Source: a virus
DNA length: 50,875 nucleotides
Virus record (IMG/VR): IMGVR_UViG_3300045988_097988
Reading direction: 5' to 3' (one strand)
Numbering within the stretch: the stretch's first letter is position 1; each line of letters opens with the position of its first letter. A model generated the notes under the pieces. The model did not search any database and was not told where the DNA came from. It saw only the letters and a list, made by a program, of their open reading frames with translations. Shown here one piece after another: positions 8,776-17,641 of the stretch. A program made the translations under genes and the position numbers.

Positions 8776-9305
8776 TTATCAAGACCAACACGGGCGTTAA
8801 AGTCCTCGGGACTCTTGCCCGCGACCCTAAAATCAAGGAGGCCAAAAACGGCAACCTGTTCATGAGCCTGAACATCAAGTCTCACAGCGCCAAGGATGAA
8901 TCCGGCAAGTGGAACAGTACCTTTGTCGAGTGTACCGTATGGCGGAACGTCGAGACTTGGGACGGGCTGCTTGAAAAAGGCGACGCCGTGGAAGTCTTTG
9001 GACGGGAGCTGAAAAGCCGGGAGGTCGACGGGAAGACCTACTGGGGCCTTGAGGCCGACGGCGTTTTCGTCGGCGGACTCGTAACGGCCCGGTGGGTACA
9101 GCAGGTCATCGACATGATGCAGGAAGCCTCCCCGACGGGCGGCTTCTCCGAAGTTGAAGAGCCTACACCCTTTGACGACGGCGGAAACGCCCAGAAAAAC
9201 GATTTTCCGGGCGAGGCGGACAAACTTCCCGCCCAGACTCCCGCACCTGTTACGGACGACGAGAGCCGTGTGATAGACGATGACGCCGAAGACCTGCCGT
9301 TTTAA
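8772..9305 (+). CDS. ssb: Single-stranded DNA-binding protein
   Basis: OB-fold-like N-terminus and a hallmark acidic tail ending DDDAEDLPF. Confidence 0.8.
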   Translation: MIIKTNTGVKVLGTLARDPKIKEAKNGNLFMSLNIKSHSAKDESGKWNSTFVECTVWRNVETWDGLLEKGDAVEVFGRELKSREVDGKTYWGLEADGVFVGGLVTARWVQQVIDMMQEASPTGGFSEVEEPTPFDDGGNAQKNDFPGEADKLPAQTPAPVTDDESRVIDDDAEDLPF

Positions 9306-9337
9306 CCTCAACCCCACCAAAGAAAGGAGGTGAGCCG

Positions 9338-10141
9338 ATGGCAATCTTCCGCTGCGTATCGCCCAACTTCTGGACAGACCCGAAAGTGGATGACGATTTT
9401 ACCCCGGAGGACAAATACTTTTACCTCTACCTCCTGACAAATCCTCATACGTCCTTGAGCGGCTGCTATGAGCTTGGGAAAAAGCAGGCCAGCCGAGAGC
9501 TGGGCTACAACGAGGATGTCGTAGACCGCCTGATTCGTAGGATGGAAATTGTCCACGGCGTTATCCGTTACGACAAGACCACGAAAGAGGTTTTGCTACT
9601 TAACTGGCACAAATACAACTGGTCGAAATCTCCTAAATGTCTAAAAGGCGTCGAGTATTCGTTAAAAAACATCAAATGCCCCCGCTTTAGACAATACTGT
9701 ATAGATACCCTATCCATACAGTATCAATACAGTATGGATACAACTGTATCTGTATCTGTAACTGATAATATAGATATATCTAATACTAAGAGATTAGAAG
9801 AAGATATACCTGAGGTTATAGAAGAACCTACGCCCGAGGCCCCCAAGAAAAAGAAATTCGTCCCTCCGAAGATAGAGGACGTGAAAGCCATCTTTGCCGA
9901 AAAAGGGGCGACGCCCGCGCAGGCCGAGCAGTTCTTCGCCTACTACGAGTCGAACGGCTGGCGAGTCGGGAAGAATCCGATGAAAAACTGGAAAGCTGCC
10001 GCCGCTGGCTGGGTATCGAGAGACAGAGAACGGAGCGGGCAAAAGCCGTCTCAAGTCCGCGCCCCGGGTCGGGAGAGTACGAAAGACCAGCTTGCCCGTG
10101 TGCTAGCGAATATGGACAAAGAGAGAGGATTTGAACGATGA
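9338..10141 (+). CDS. Replisome organiser / DnaD-like replication initiator
   Basis: The N-terminal phage replisome organiser pattern (FWTDPKV..., YFYLYLLTNPHT) is present. The C-terminal motif is FFAYYESNGWRVGKNPMKNWKAAAAGW. Iterons are embedded in the linker. Confidence 0.7.
   Translation: MAIFRCVSPNFWTDPKVDDDFTPEDKYFYLYLLTNPHTSLSGCYELGKKQASRELGYNEDVVDRLIRRMEIVHGVIRYDKTTKEVLLLNWHKYNWSKSPKCLKGVEYSLKNIKCPRFRQYCIDTLSIQYQYSMDTTVSVSVTDNIDISNTKRLEEDIPEVIEEPTPEAPKKKKFVPPKIEDVKAIFAEKGATPAQAEQFFAYYESNGWRVGKNPMKNWKAAAAGWVSRDRERSGQKPSQVRAPGRESTKDQLARVLANMDKERGFER
9694..9790. repeat. Candidate phage origin: ATACAGTAT/ATACTGTAT iterons plus an AT-rich tract inside the initiator gene
   Basis: ATACTGTAT is at 9694..9702. 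ATACAGTAT is at 9716..9724 and 9727..9735 (11-bp phasing). CTGTATCTGTATCTGTA is at 9744..9760. An AT-rich stretch follows. Confidence 0.6.
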
Positions 10142-10713
10142 CGAAAGAGGAGGCCGCAGAGCTGGTGCTTATGAATGCGACCCTGTACAAGCTGGGGACA
10201 AAACCCTTGACCGACGAGGAGATGAAAACGGTTATTGACGTCTGGACATACCAGTTTCGGGATTATCCGGGCGACGTCGTAAAGCGGGCGTTCCTCGCGG
10301 CAAACCGGGTCTGCGCTTACCCTATTACGGTGGCCGACATCTTCAAGCAGCTTTCCCACAGCCTCGACCCGGACGCAGAGTGGGATGCCTTGGCCGCAGC
10401 CGCTTACGAGGCCCAGAAGTACCTGAGCTGGCGAAACTGCCCGATGATTACGGGATTGGACGAGCAGGGCGGGCTTCTCCGCAGCGACGGAACGCAGGAG
10501 CTGAGGGAGCTGTTCGAGGGCTTGCCCCCGGCGGCGAAATCCTACGCCGGGAGCGTCGGAGGCTTGACCGAGCTGGCCCGGACGTCTGACCTGACATACC
10601 GCCGGGTCGAGTTTCTCAAGCAGGCGCGGGAAGACATTTCGACCGCGCCAAAGGAAGCGGCTATGCTGAGAGGCGGCCCTGCCCCGGCAAGATTGGAGGC
10701 GGGCCGTGCGTAA
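10138..10713 (+). CDS. Putative helicase loader (SPP1 G39P-like)
   Basis: It is positioned directly after the initiator. The pattern VIDVWTYQFRDYPGDVVKRAF supports the call. The family call is tentative. Confidence 0.4.
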   Translation: MTKEEAAELVLMNATLYKLGTKPLTDEEMKTVIDVWTYQFRDYPGDVVKRAFLAANRVCAYPITVADIFKQLSHSLDPDAEWDALAAAAYEAQKYLSWRNCPMITGLDEQGGLLRSDGTQELRELFEGLPPAAKSYAGSVGGLTELARTSDLTYRRVEFLKQAREDISTAPKEAAMLRGGPAPARLEAGRA

Positions 10714-10879
10714 GTATGAGGCTCTTGTCGAGTGCCGCAATATCTGCGGTACGGTCATCTATCGTTGGATACTCGACGCCGAAAGTCCCGGAGAAGCTGA
10801 ACACAGGGCCGTTGAAATGGCCCGGCGGGGCTACCCGGAGTTCGACGAGTTCGAGCCTGTGAGAACGGAGAGAATGCGA
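10706..10879 (+). CDS. Small hypothetical protein (57 aa, GTG start; small paralogue family)
   Basis: Overlapping start and stop with both neighbours. Below the ORF-track cut-off. Confidence 0.4.
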
Positions 10880-11042
10880 TGAAATACAAAGTTACTTTTT
10901 GGGGCCTCGGTTGGTACGAGGTTGAGGCCCGGAGCCGGAAAGAGGCCGAAGAAAATGCCCTCTTTGCCGCCCGTAGCTTCCACCCGGAGCTGAATAACTA
11001 CGACCTGCAGGTCGATAAAGTCGAGGTGATTCCGAATGGCTG
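10878..11042 (+). CDS. Small hypothetical protein (54 aa; KYKVTFW...VEARSRKEAEE family)
   Basis: ATGA overlap with the previous ORF. The sequence pattern is shared with 2253..2441. Confidence 0.45.
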
Positions 11043-11422
11043 AGGTGAAGAAAATTATCCGGCTAGCTGATGTCGGCGAGCTGGAAGCTGACCTGAAGAA
11101 AGACCTTGCCGAGGAAGAAGCAAAGGGAGAGACGGCAGACGTCCTTTACTGCGAGAGCATCGGTGACGAACTTTCAGACCTTGAGAACCTCCCGACTATC
11201 GACCCGGAGAGCCTGCGCGGCCATGCCAAGTGGGTAAAGGACAAAGAACTGAAGTTTATCATCGTCGATAACGAAAACGATAGCCACGAGGAACCGGCAA
11301 TCTGTTGCACAAACTGTAAGGCCAAAATCTCGCAAAGCGATTTCGACGGCTGGGTCTGGAACTTCTGCCCAGTCTGCGGATTCGCTATGGAGGACGCGAC
11401 GGAGGAGAGCAACGATGGTTAA
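11036..11422 (+). CDS. Hypothetical zinc-ribbon protein
   Basis: CxxC...CxxC (CCTNCKAK...FCPVCGF). Acidic N-terminus. Confidence 0.5.
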   Translation: MAEVKKIIRLADVGELEADLKKDLAEEEAKGETADVLYCESIGDELSDLENLPTIDPESLRGHAKWVKDKELKFIIVDNENDSHEEPAICCTNCKAKISQSDFDGWVWNFCPVCGFAMEDATEESNDG

Positions 11423-11819
11423 AGACGTTACTGAATGGTGTCCCTCTTGCGACCGCGAGGTCGAGATAAAGTGGGACGTTGAGGCAGACGGCTACAAAGC
11501 CTACTGTCCTTACTGCGGCGAGCGGTTGATGCTCTGCGATGAGTGCCGCCACCCCGGCGGCGAGTTTTGCGACAAGTGCAACTATGATGCCGAAACTGAT
11601 ACCTGCAAGCACAACGGCTGGTATTTGACCGCCCAGAAGAGACCGACCGAGGACGACGCAGACAAGGACGGGTGCGTCTTGAGCCTCAACCTTAACCCCG
11701 GCGACCAGCGCGTTACAAACTGGTTTTGGAATATCGTTGCCGTTTTCCCTGAGAATTTCCCCATCTGGATGCCGACGCCCAAGCTGCCGAAAAAAGATTT
11801 GAGGGAGATGTGGAAATGA
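11415..11819 (+). CDS. Hypothetical Cys-rich zinc-binding protein
   Basis: Several CxxC pairs (CPSCDRE, CPYCGE, CDECRH, CDKCNY). Confidence 0.5.
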   Translation: MVKDVTEWCPSCDREVEIKWDVEADGYKAYCPYCGERLMLCDECRHPGGEFCDKCNYDAETDTCKHNGWYLTAQKRPTEDDADKDGCVLSLNLNPGDQRVTNWFWNIVAVFPENFPIWMPTPKLPKKDLREMWK

Positions 11820-12052
11820 CGGACTGCTCAACGTGTAAGGCGCGGTCAAAGTGTCCCGGAGATGTAGCCCCCGGCTCGAACCTCTGCTTTTTGTACGGGT
11901 TTCTCCACGGCGGGGAGCCTGAAGCTCAACCCCTGGAGGCTATCAAGGTGCGGCCCTACTACTGCCCCTACTGCGGCCACGTCCTGAAGATTATCGGCAC
12001 TCAGCGGTTTTGTAACAACGTCAGGTGTCTCAACCGCTACCAGCCTATGTAG
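11810..12052 (+). CDS. Hypothetical Cys-rich protein
   Basis: CSTCKARSKC and YYCPYCGHV motifs. Confidence 0.45.
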   Translation: MEMTDCSTCKARSKCPGDVAPGSNLCFLYGFLHGGEPEAQPLEAIKVRPYYCPYCGHVLKIIGTQRFCNNVRCLNRYQPM

Positions 12053-12081
12053 GGCAAAGTTTACGAGAGGATGAAAACACG

Positions 12082-12381
12082 ATGGACAGAATTTTTTGTA
12101 CGAGGCTCAAAGCGGCCCGTATTGCGCAGGGCTTGACCGTGAGAGACCTTGCGCGGCGCGTCGGAACCGATATGCGGGTCGTGACGCTCTACGAAAACGG
12201 CGGGACGACGCCGGGCATCGAGGGCATCCGGGCCTTTGCTGAGGCTCTGGGCGTCTCGGCGGCTTATCTAGTTGACCGCGTACCGCCCCGCCGGGCGACG
12301 GTTTGCCCCTGTTGCGGGGCAGAGTTGGAGGGCAAAGAGAGGGGGGCGACGCATGACTTACCGCGAATTTCTGGAACGTAA
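12082..12381 (+). CDS. XRE-family HTH protein with a C-terminal CxxC
   Basis: LKAARIAQGLTVRDLARRVGTDMRVVTLYENG is an HTH_3 pattern. ATG at 12082 follows GAGAGGA. Confidence 0.6.
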   Translation: MDRIFCTRLKAARIAQGLTVRDLARRVGTDMRVVTLYENGGTTPGIEGIRAFAEALGVSAAYLVDRVPPRRATVCPCCGAELEGKERGATHDLPRISGT

Positions 12382-14857
12382 GATAGACGTCGCGCCCCTT
12401 TCAGGCATCGAGGTTGACCCCTCCGAGGTCAGCCCGGTGCTGAAAGACCACCAGCGCGTGAGCGTCCTTTGGGCCTTGAGAGGCGGACGCCGGGGAATCT
12501 TTGCCCGGTTTGGCCTCGGCAAGACGGTGATGCAGCTCGAATGGTGCCGCCTCCTGCAGAAACACGAGGGTGGACAAACCCTCATAGTGATGCCGCTCAA
12601 CGTAATGCCGGAGTTCCGGGCCGACGCCGTAAACCTGCTGGGCCTGCCGGAGCCGCCCTATTGCCGCACGATGGCCGAGGTCGAGGCCGCGAGCGATGCG
12701 CCTATTGTTCTGACCAACTACGAGAGAGTCAGAGACGGCGATATTGACCCGCACCGCTTCACGGCTGTAAGCCTCGACGAGGCGGCTACCCTCCGCAGCT
12801 TTGGCTCTAAGACCTACCAGAGCTTTGCGGTCAAGTTTAAGGGCGTCAAGTACAAGCTCACCAACACCGCGACGCCCTCGCCGAACCGCTACAAAGAGCT
12901 GATTCACTATGCGGGCTTTTTGGAGGTTATGGACACCGGGCAGGCCCTTACCCGATTTTTCAAGCGCGACTCAACCAAGGCCAACAATCTGACCCTATAC
13001 CCGGGCCGCGAGCGGGAGTTTTGGATTTGGTGCGCGAGCTGGGGCCTGTTCCTGCAAAAGCCCTCCGACCTCGGTTTTTCTGACGAGGGCTATTCGCTCC
13101 CGCCGATGGACATCAGATACCACAAGCTCACGAGCCTTGACCGCCCGGCGGAGTTTGAGGCAGACGGACAGATGAAACTCGGCCACGACGCCGCAATGGG
13201 CCTTTCGGACGCCGCCAAGGAAAAGCGGGACAGTATCGAGATTCGAGCTGCAGAGGTGGCCCGTATCATCGCCGAGGCCCCGCCGGAGGAGCATTTCGTC
13301 GTCTGGCACGACCTCGAAGACGAGCGCAGGGCCTTGAAAAAAGATGTCCCGGAGATGGTGGACATCTACGGCAGTATGGAGCTTGAGGCCCGCGAGCAGC
13401 GTGTTATGGATTTCGCGCAGGGCAAGACCCGTATCTTTGGCACAAAGAAATCTCTCTCCGGCTCTGGATGCAACTTCCAGCGGTTTTGTCACCGGGCAAT
13501 CTTTATGGGCATCGACTACGAGTTCAACGACTTCATTCAGGCCATCCACCGTATTTACCGCTTTTTGCAGACTGCCCCGGTTATTATCGACATCCTGTAT
13601 ATGGACACCGAGACCGAAGTGCTGCTGGCCCTCCAGCGCAAGTGGAAGCAGTACGATGAGTTGAGCAGCCAGATGGAGGAGATTATAAAACAATACGGCC
13701 TCGGGAGCCTTGCGCTTGAGGCCCTCAAGAGAACGATTGGATGTGAGAAAGTGGAAGTCAAGGGCAACAACTACACCGCAATCAACAACGACTGCGTGGA
13801 GGAGGTCAAGAGCTGGCCGACGGACAGCATCGACCTCTACGTCACCAGTATCCCGTTCGGCAACCATTACGAGTATTCGCCGTCTTACAACGATTTCGGT
13901 CACAACCCCAACGATGACGAGTTTTTCCGGCAGATGGACTACTTGACCCCGGAGCTGTTGCGTACTCTCAAGCCGGGCCGCGTAGCAGCTATCCACGTCA
14001 AGGACAGGGTCGAGTTTGCCAACGTGACCGGGCTTGCGGCTCCTACCATCGAGCCTTTCCACGCGGATTGCATCGCTCATTTCCGGCGGCATGGGTTTGC
14101 GTATTTTGGTATGATTACGGTGGTCACGGATGTCGTGCGGGAAAATAATCAGACCTACAGACTCGGCTGGACGGAGCAGTGCAAGGACGGTACAAAGATG
14201 GGCGTTGGATGCCCCGAGTATATCCTGCTTTTCCGCAAGCTGCCTACTGACCGCAGCCGTGGGTACGCCGACGACCCGGTGAAAAAATCCAAAGAGGAGT
14301 ATACCCGCGCCCGCTGGCAAATCGACGCCCACGCCTTTTGGCGTTCGAGCGGCGACCGTCCGTTTGCCCGCGAGGAGCTGGAAAAGATTCCGACCTCGAA
14401 GCTGCAGGCAGTTTACCGCAAGTTTAGCCGTGAAAGCGTCTACTCCTACGATGAGCATATCAAGCTGGCGGAGAGCCTCGACAAGGAAGGACGCCTCCCG
14501 AGTACGTTTATGGTCGTGGCCCCCGGCTCTTGGGATATGACCGTCTGGGACGACATCAACCGTATGCGGACGCTCAACACGACCCAGAGCCAGCGGCGGC
14601 AGAATCTTCACGTCTGTCCCCTGCAAATCGACATCGTGCAGCGGCTGATTGAGCGGTACAGCAACGAGGGCGAAGTTGTTGCTGACCCGTTCGCCGGGCT
14701 GTTCACCGTCCCATACGAGGCCGTGAAGATGAACCGCCGGGGTAAAGGCGTCGAGCTGAACCCCGATTATTTTAGAGACGGCGTGGGCTACCTTGAGGCC
14801 GCAGACGCGGAAAAGGACGCCCCGACCCTCTTTGACCTGTTGGAGAATGGAGCGTGA
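12353..14857 (+). CDS. SNF2/DEAD-like helicase domain fused to a beta-class N6A/N4C DNA methyltransferase
   Basis: Helicase motifs GLGKT, DEAA, TATP and QAIHRIYR are present. The C-terminal MTase has motif IV TSIPFG followed later by motif I DPFAGLFT (IV-before-I order). Confidence 0.75.
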   Translation: MTYREFLERKIDVAPLSGIEVDPSEVSPVLKDHQRVSVLWALRGGRRGIFARFGLGKTVMQLEWCRLLQKHEGGQTLIVMPLNVMPEFRADAVNLLGLPEPPYCRTMAEVEAASDAPIVLTNYERVRDGDIDPHRFTAVSLDEAATLRSFGSKTYQSFAVKFKGVKYKLTNTATPSPNRYKELIHYAGFLEVMDTGQALTRFFKRDSTKANNLTLYPGREREFWIWCASWGLFLQKPSDLGFSDEGYSLPPMDIRYHKLTSLDRPAEFEADGQMKLGHDAAMGLSDAAKEKRDSIEIRAAEVARIIAEAPPEEHFVVWHDLEDERRALKKDVPEMVDIYGSMELEAREQRVMDFAQGKTRIFGTKKSLSGSGCNFQRFCHRAIFMGIDYEFNDFIQAIHRIYRFLQTAPVIIDILYMDTETEVLLALQRKWKQYDELSSQMEEIIKQYGLGSLALEALKRTIGCEKVEVKGNNYTAINNDCVEEVKSWPTDSIDLYVTSIPFGNHYEYSPSYNDFGHNPNDDEFFRQMDYLTPELLRTLKPGRVAAIHVKDRVEFANVTGLAAPTIEPFHADCIAHFRRHGFAYFGMITVVTDVVRENNQTYRLGWTEQCKDGTKMGVGCPEYILLFRKLPTDRSRGYADDPVKKSKEEYTRARWQIDAHAFWRSSGDRPFAREELEKIPTSKLQAVYRKFSRESVYSYDEHIKLAESLDKEGRLPSTFMVVAPGSWDMTVWDDINRMRTLNTTQSQRRQNLHVCPLQIDIVQRLIERYSNEGEVVADPFAGLFTVPYEAVKMNRRGKGVELNPDYFRDGVGYLEAADAEKDAPTLFDLLENGA

Positions 14858-14861
14858 ACGA

Positions 14862-15071
14862 ATGAACCGCAACGCGGAACATTACCCCGACCCGACGCCG
14901 GGGGCCGCTTGGGAAAATATCTGCAAGGATGCCCGGCGGAAAGAAGCTGCGTCCCTCTTGCAAATTAGCATCTTGGTGCCTATCCTGCGCCAGATTGCGG
15001 ACTGGGCGGGCTTTGAGATTATCGGCAGAATCCCCCTGCGGGAGAAATCGACTGGAAAGGAGTTTCGGTGA
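14862..15071 (+). CDS. Small hypothetical protein
   Basis: ATG at 14862 lies after the stop of the upstream gene. N-terminus is NAEHYPDPTPG. Confidence 0.45.
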   Translation: MNRNAEHYPDPTPGAAWENICKDARRKEAASLLQISILVPILRQIADWAGFEIIGRIPLREKSTGKEFR

Positions 15072-15072
15072 T

Positions 15073-15567
15073 ATGGAACAGAAAGAGATTCAGGAGCAGC
15101 TTATTGCGACGGTTCGGGATATGCTTCTCACCTCCTGTGAGAAGATGGGGGCGCAGAGCATCGAGCATTGCTGGACGCGCCACGACGGTACGGAGGTCAA
15201 GCTGGGCCTCTCTATTCACCCGGCGGACGAAAAAGAGGAAGAAGAGCCGGAAGATGAGCTGTATACCTACGCCCGGGCCGCTGTAAAGAAATTCGGGATG
15301 GACAAGCAGGTAGATATGGCCATAGAGGAGATGACCGAGCTTACAAAAGCCCTCCTTAAACACCGCCGGGCGAGGGACTGCGAGACCGTTGTAAAGAGCG
15401 GCGACAATATCCGGGAGGAGATGGAAGACGTCCGAATTATGCTAGCCCAGCTCGATTGTATTTTCGGGCGTAGTCCTCAGTGGGCCGAGAAGAAGCTGGC
15501 GCACCTCAAAGAGCTGGTAGGGGACGAAAAGCCCGACCCGGAGGAAAGGGACAAGAGCGATGGCTGA
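15073..15567 (+). CDS. MazG-like nucleotide pyrophosphohydrolase
   Basis: AIEEMTELTKAL and REEMEDVRIMLAQLD are EExxE-type metal-binding helices. Confidence 0.6.
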   Translation: MEQKEIQEQLIATVRDMLLTSCEKMGAQSIEHCWTRHDGTEVKLGLSIHPADEKEEEEPEDELYTYARAAVKKFGMDKQVDMAIEEMTELTKALLKHRRARDCETVVKSGDNIREEMEDVRIMLAQLDCIFGRSPQWAEKKLAHLKELVGDEKPDPEERDKSDG

Positions 15568-15724
15568 ACACTACAAAATCGACTGCGCGAGCGTTGAAGA
15601 CCGCAAGGCCCTTATCGTTGTACTTGCCATGAACGGCTACATCGTCCGCAACGGCAAGGAAAAGCGCAATGGTAAGAGTACCTATACCACGTTCGTGGAG
15701 TATTGGAGGCCGGACGATGAGTGA
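15560..15724 (+). CDS. Small hypothetical protein (54 aa)
   Basis: Overlaps neighbouring genes at both ends. Below the ORF-track cut-off. Confidence 0.4.
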   Translation: MAEHYKIDCASVEDRKALIVVLAMNGYIVRNGKEKRNGKSTYTTFVEYWRPDDE

Positions 15725-15995
15725 GAAGATGACCGCCGAGGAAGCCGCAAATATTCTCGGCCCGCACTACGATAGGACTCACACTAAATCCGACTTAGAT
15801 ACCGCTCGATGGCTGGGATATTGCGTATTGCGCTTGCAGATTCCCCGTAGCCCGTTCCCGGACGGCGACAAGAGTATTTTGGCTTGCCCCAACTGCGGCA
15901 GCGGCGAATACCTGCACAATCAGGATGAAGCTGAAAACACGTTCTGCGGCCAGTGTGGGCAGGCTATCGACTGGGCGGAGGTGTACGATGGATAA
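15717..15995 (+). CDS. Hypothetical zinc-ribbon protein
   Basis: CPNCGSG...CGQCGQ motifs. Confidence 0.5.
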   Translation: MSEKMTAEEAANILGPHYDRTHTKSDLDTARWLGYCVLRLQIPRSPFPDGDKSILACPNCGSGEYLHNQDEAENTFCGQCGQAIDWAEVYDG

Positions 15996-16542
15996 ACCTG
16001 TATCAATGGTAGCCCGCCGCCGGAGTATGACCGGGGCGAGGAGCCGCGCCGAAGGCTTGGGGTTTGAGCATCTCATCGACAACGCATGCGCCTACTACCT
16101 CTCACGGGACATCGCGGACATTGAAAAGACCCCGGAACCTATGAAACCGCTGGGAAACTCAGACCGCGCGGGCCGCTTTCTAGCCTGCTTCACCAAAAAG
16201 GCCCAGCCGGATTATTCCGGCTTACTCAACGGCGGTAGAGCCATCAAGTTCGAGGCAAAGCATACCGACAGCGACAGAATCACCCAAGACCGGGTATCTA
16301 ACGCTCAGAGCCTGCGCTTAGCCTCTACGGAGCGTTTGGGCGGGGTGGCCTTTGTCCTTTGCTCTTTCGGCTCAAGAGCGTTCTACCGCGTTCCGTGGGC
16401 TGTTTGGCGCGATATGAAAGAATACTTTGGCCGGAAGTATATCACCCCGGCGGACGTCGAAATCTACCGCGTAAAATTCGGCGGGCCGGGAGTACTGCTT
16501 TTTTTGGAGGGGGTTCCATACGAAACCCCGGAGAGGAGATAA
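15988..16542 (+). CDS. recU: RecU-like Holliday junction resolvase
   Basis: GLGFEHLIDNACAYYLSRDIADIEKTPEP ... FEAKHTDSDRI fits the RecU pattern. Confidence 0.65.
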   Translation: MDKPVSMVARRRSMTGARSRAEGLGFEHLIDNACAYYLSRDIADIEKTPEPMKPLGNSDRAGRFLACFTKKAQPDYSGLLNGGRAIKFEAKHTDSDRITQDRVSNAQSLRLASTERLGGVAFVLCSFGSRAFYRVPWAVWRDMKEYFGRKYITPADVEIYRVKFGGPGVLLFLEGVPYETPERR

Positions 16543-16543
16543 C

Positions 16544-17173
16544 ATGGTCAAGAAAATTCCCAAGCTGACAACCGGCAACCCGCAGGACAACTACCAGATG
16601 GCCCTCAACTTTACCGACATCGGGGAAGATGGATGGGTCTGGATGCGGAAGCCGGAGCGGACTTTGGTAGAGTATATGCGTACTCTCGTCAAAGCACACG
16701 GCGGCGATATTGACATCAACGGGGACGACTGCGCGGTGGGCGAAGATTTGGACGACCACCTCCTCGACGGCCCCGAAACTATCGACGGCCTGATTGCCGA
16801 ACATTATACCATCCTGTGGGCCTACGCAACGCTCAGGGAAAAGCTCAAGTGGTATGAGGACGCTGGCGTTCCGGCTATTCCGCCCGAGGGTCTGAAAACT
16901 ATCCAGCGGGCAGTAAATCGCGGTACGGGTTCCCAGCTTGAGCTTGCCTGCGAAGATATGGCAGACCTGATTCGCTTGGTGTGTAAGTACAATCGGCGGT
17001 TAAAGACCGCCCTGAAAGAAACTGAGGAGCTGCGGGCTATCCGCGACAGTATCCGGGACAAGACGGCAAGCGTTTATATTGCGCTGGCCTGCATCGTGGA
17101 TATATTCGGCAAGCCTGAGGACATCCAGCAGGCCGTCGCCGAGAAGCTCGACAACCGCAAAGACCTTATGTGA
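16544..17173 (+). CDS. Hypothetical protein
   Basis: 209 aa, tightly packed. Confidence 0.5.
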   Translation: MVKKIPKLTTGNPQDNYQMALNFTDIGEDGWVWMRKPERTLVEYMRTLVKAHGGDIDINGDDCAVGEDLDDHLLDGPETIDGLIAEHYTILWAYATLREKLKWYEDAGVPAIPPEGLKTIQRAVNRGTGSQLELACEDMADLIRLVCKYNRRLKTALKETEELRAIRDSIRDKTASVYIALACIVDIFGKPEDIQQAVAEKLDNRKDLM

Positions 17174-17185
17174 GGAGGAAATACT

Positions 17186-17440
17186 ATGAGCAACCAAACC
17201 AACCTGTCCGACGTGAAGCTTCTGGCCGACCTGCAGAAGCTCATCGAAACCAAAAAGCGGGCCGTCGGCTCCTCTGAGGACGCACAGGCCGTCGCCGGGG
17301 CAATCTCCCCGGTGTTTGAGAAGCTGATGCCCATCATGAAGAGCAAGTATCAGGGCGAAATCGAGACCCTGACCCGCGCAAAAGACCGCCTGGCCGAGCT
17401 GCTGGACGCAAAGTGGACGGAGGACGCAAGCCATGAGTAA
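17186..17440 (+). CDS. Hypothetical protein
   Basis: 84 aa. The RBS is GAGGAGG. Confidence 0.5.
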   Translation: MSNQTNLSDVKLLADLQKLIETKKRAVGSSEDAQAVAGAISPVFEKLMPIMKSKYQGEIETLTRAKDRLAELLDAKWTEDASHE

Positions 17441-17609
17441 GAGAGCAAACCGCCGCCTCCGTCAGCTTGAGCGTCGCGTGACCGCTCTTGAGCAGACTGC
17501 AAGCTCTAAACCTCTGGTCGTCGGCAATATTGCCGTAAAGCCCGAGACCGAGGTTGCAAAGCTCCCCGAGACGTTGGGGGAGAGGCTGAAAAACATCTTT
17601 GGCAAATAA
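17433..17609 (+). CDS. Small coiled-coil protein (58 aa)
   Basis: ATG at 17433 overlaps the previous gene. Below the ORF-track cut-off. Confidence 0.4.
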   Translation: MSKRANRRLRQLERRVTALEQTASSKPLVVGNIAVKPETEVAKLPETLGERLKNIFGK

Positions 17610-17641
17610 CCCGCCCGCCGGGGCGAGAATCGAGGAAACGC

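Noticed and set aside
12995-14872. Very long antisense ORFs in the track: 12995..14872 (625 aa), 23791..25098, 27080..28705, 31515..33095, 35246..37297, 37057..38757 and others.
   Set aside because: They lie exactly opposite well-supported phage genes (methylase, portal, capsid, sheath, tape measure, baseplate). Their composition is low-complexity and rich in Arg, Gly, Ala and Val. They have no RBS and no recognisable motifs. Such shadow ORFs are typical of high-GC coding DNA.
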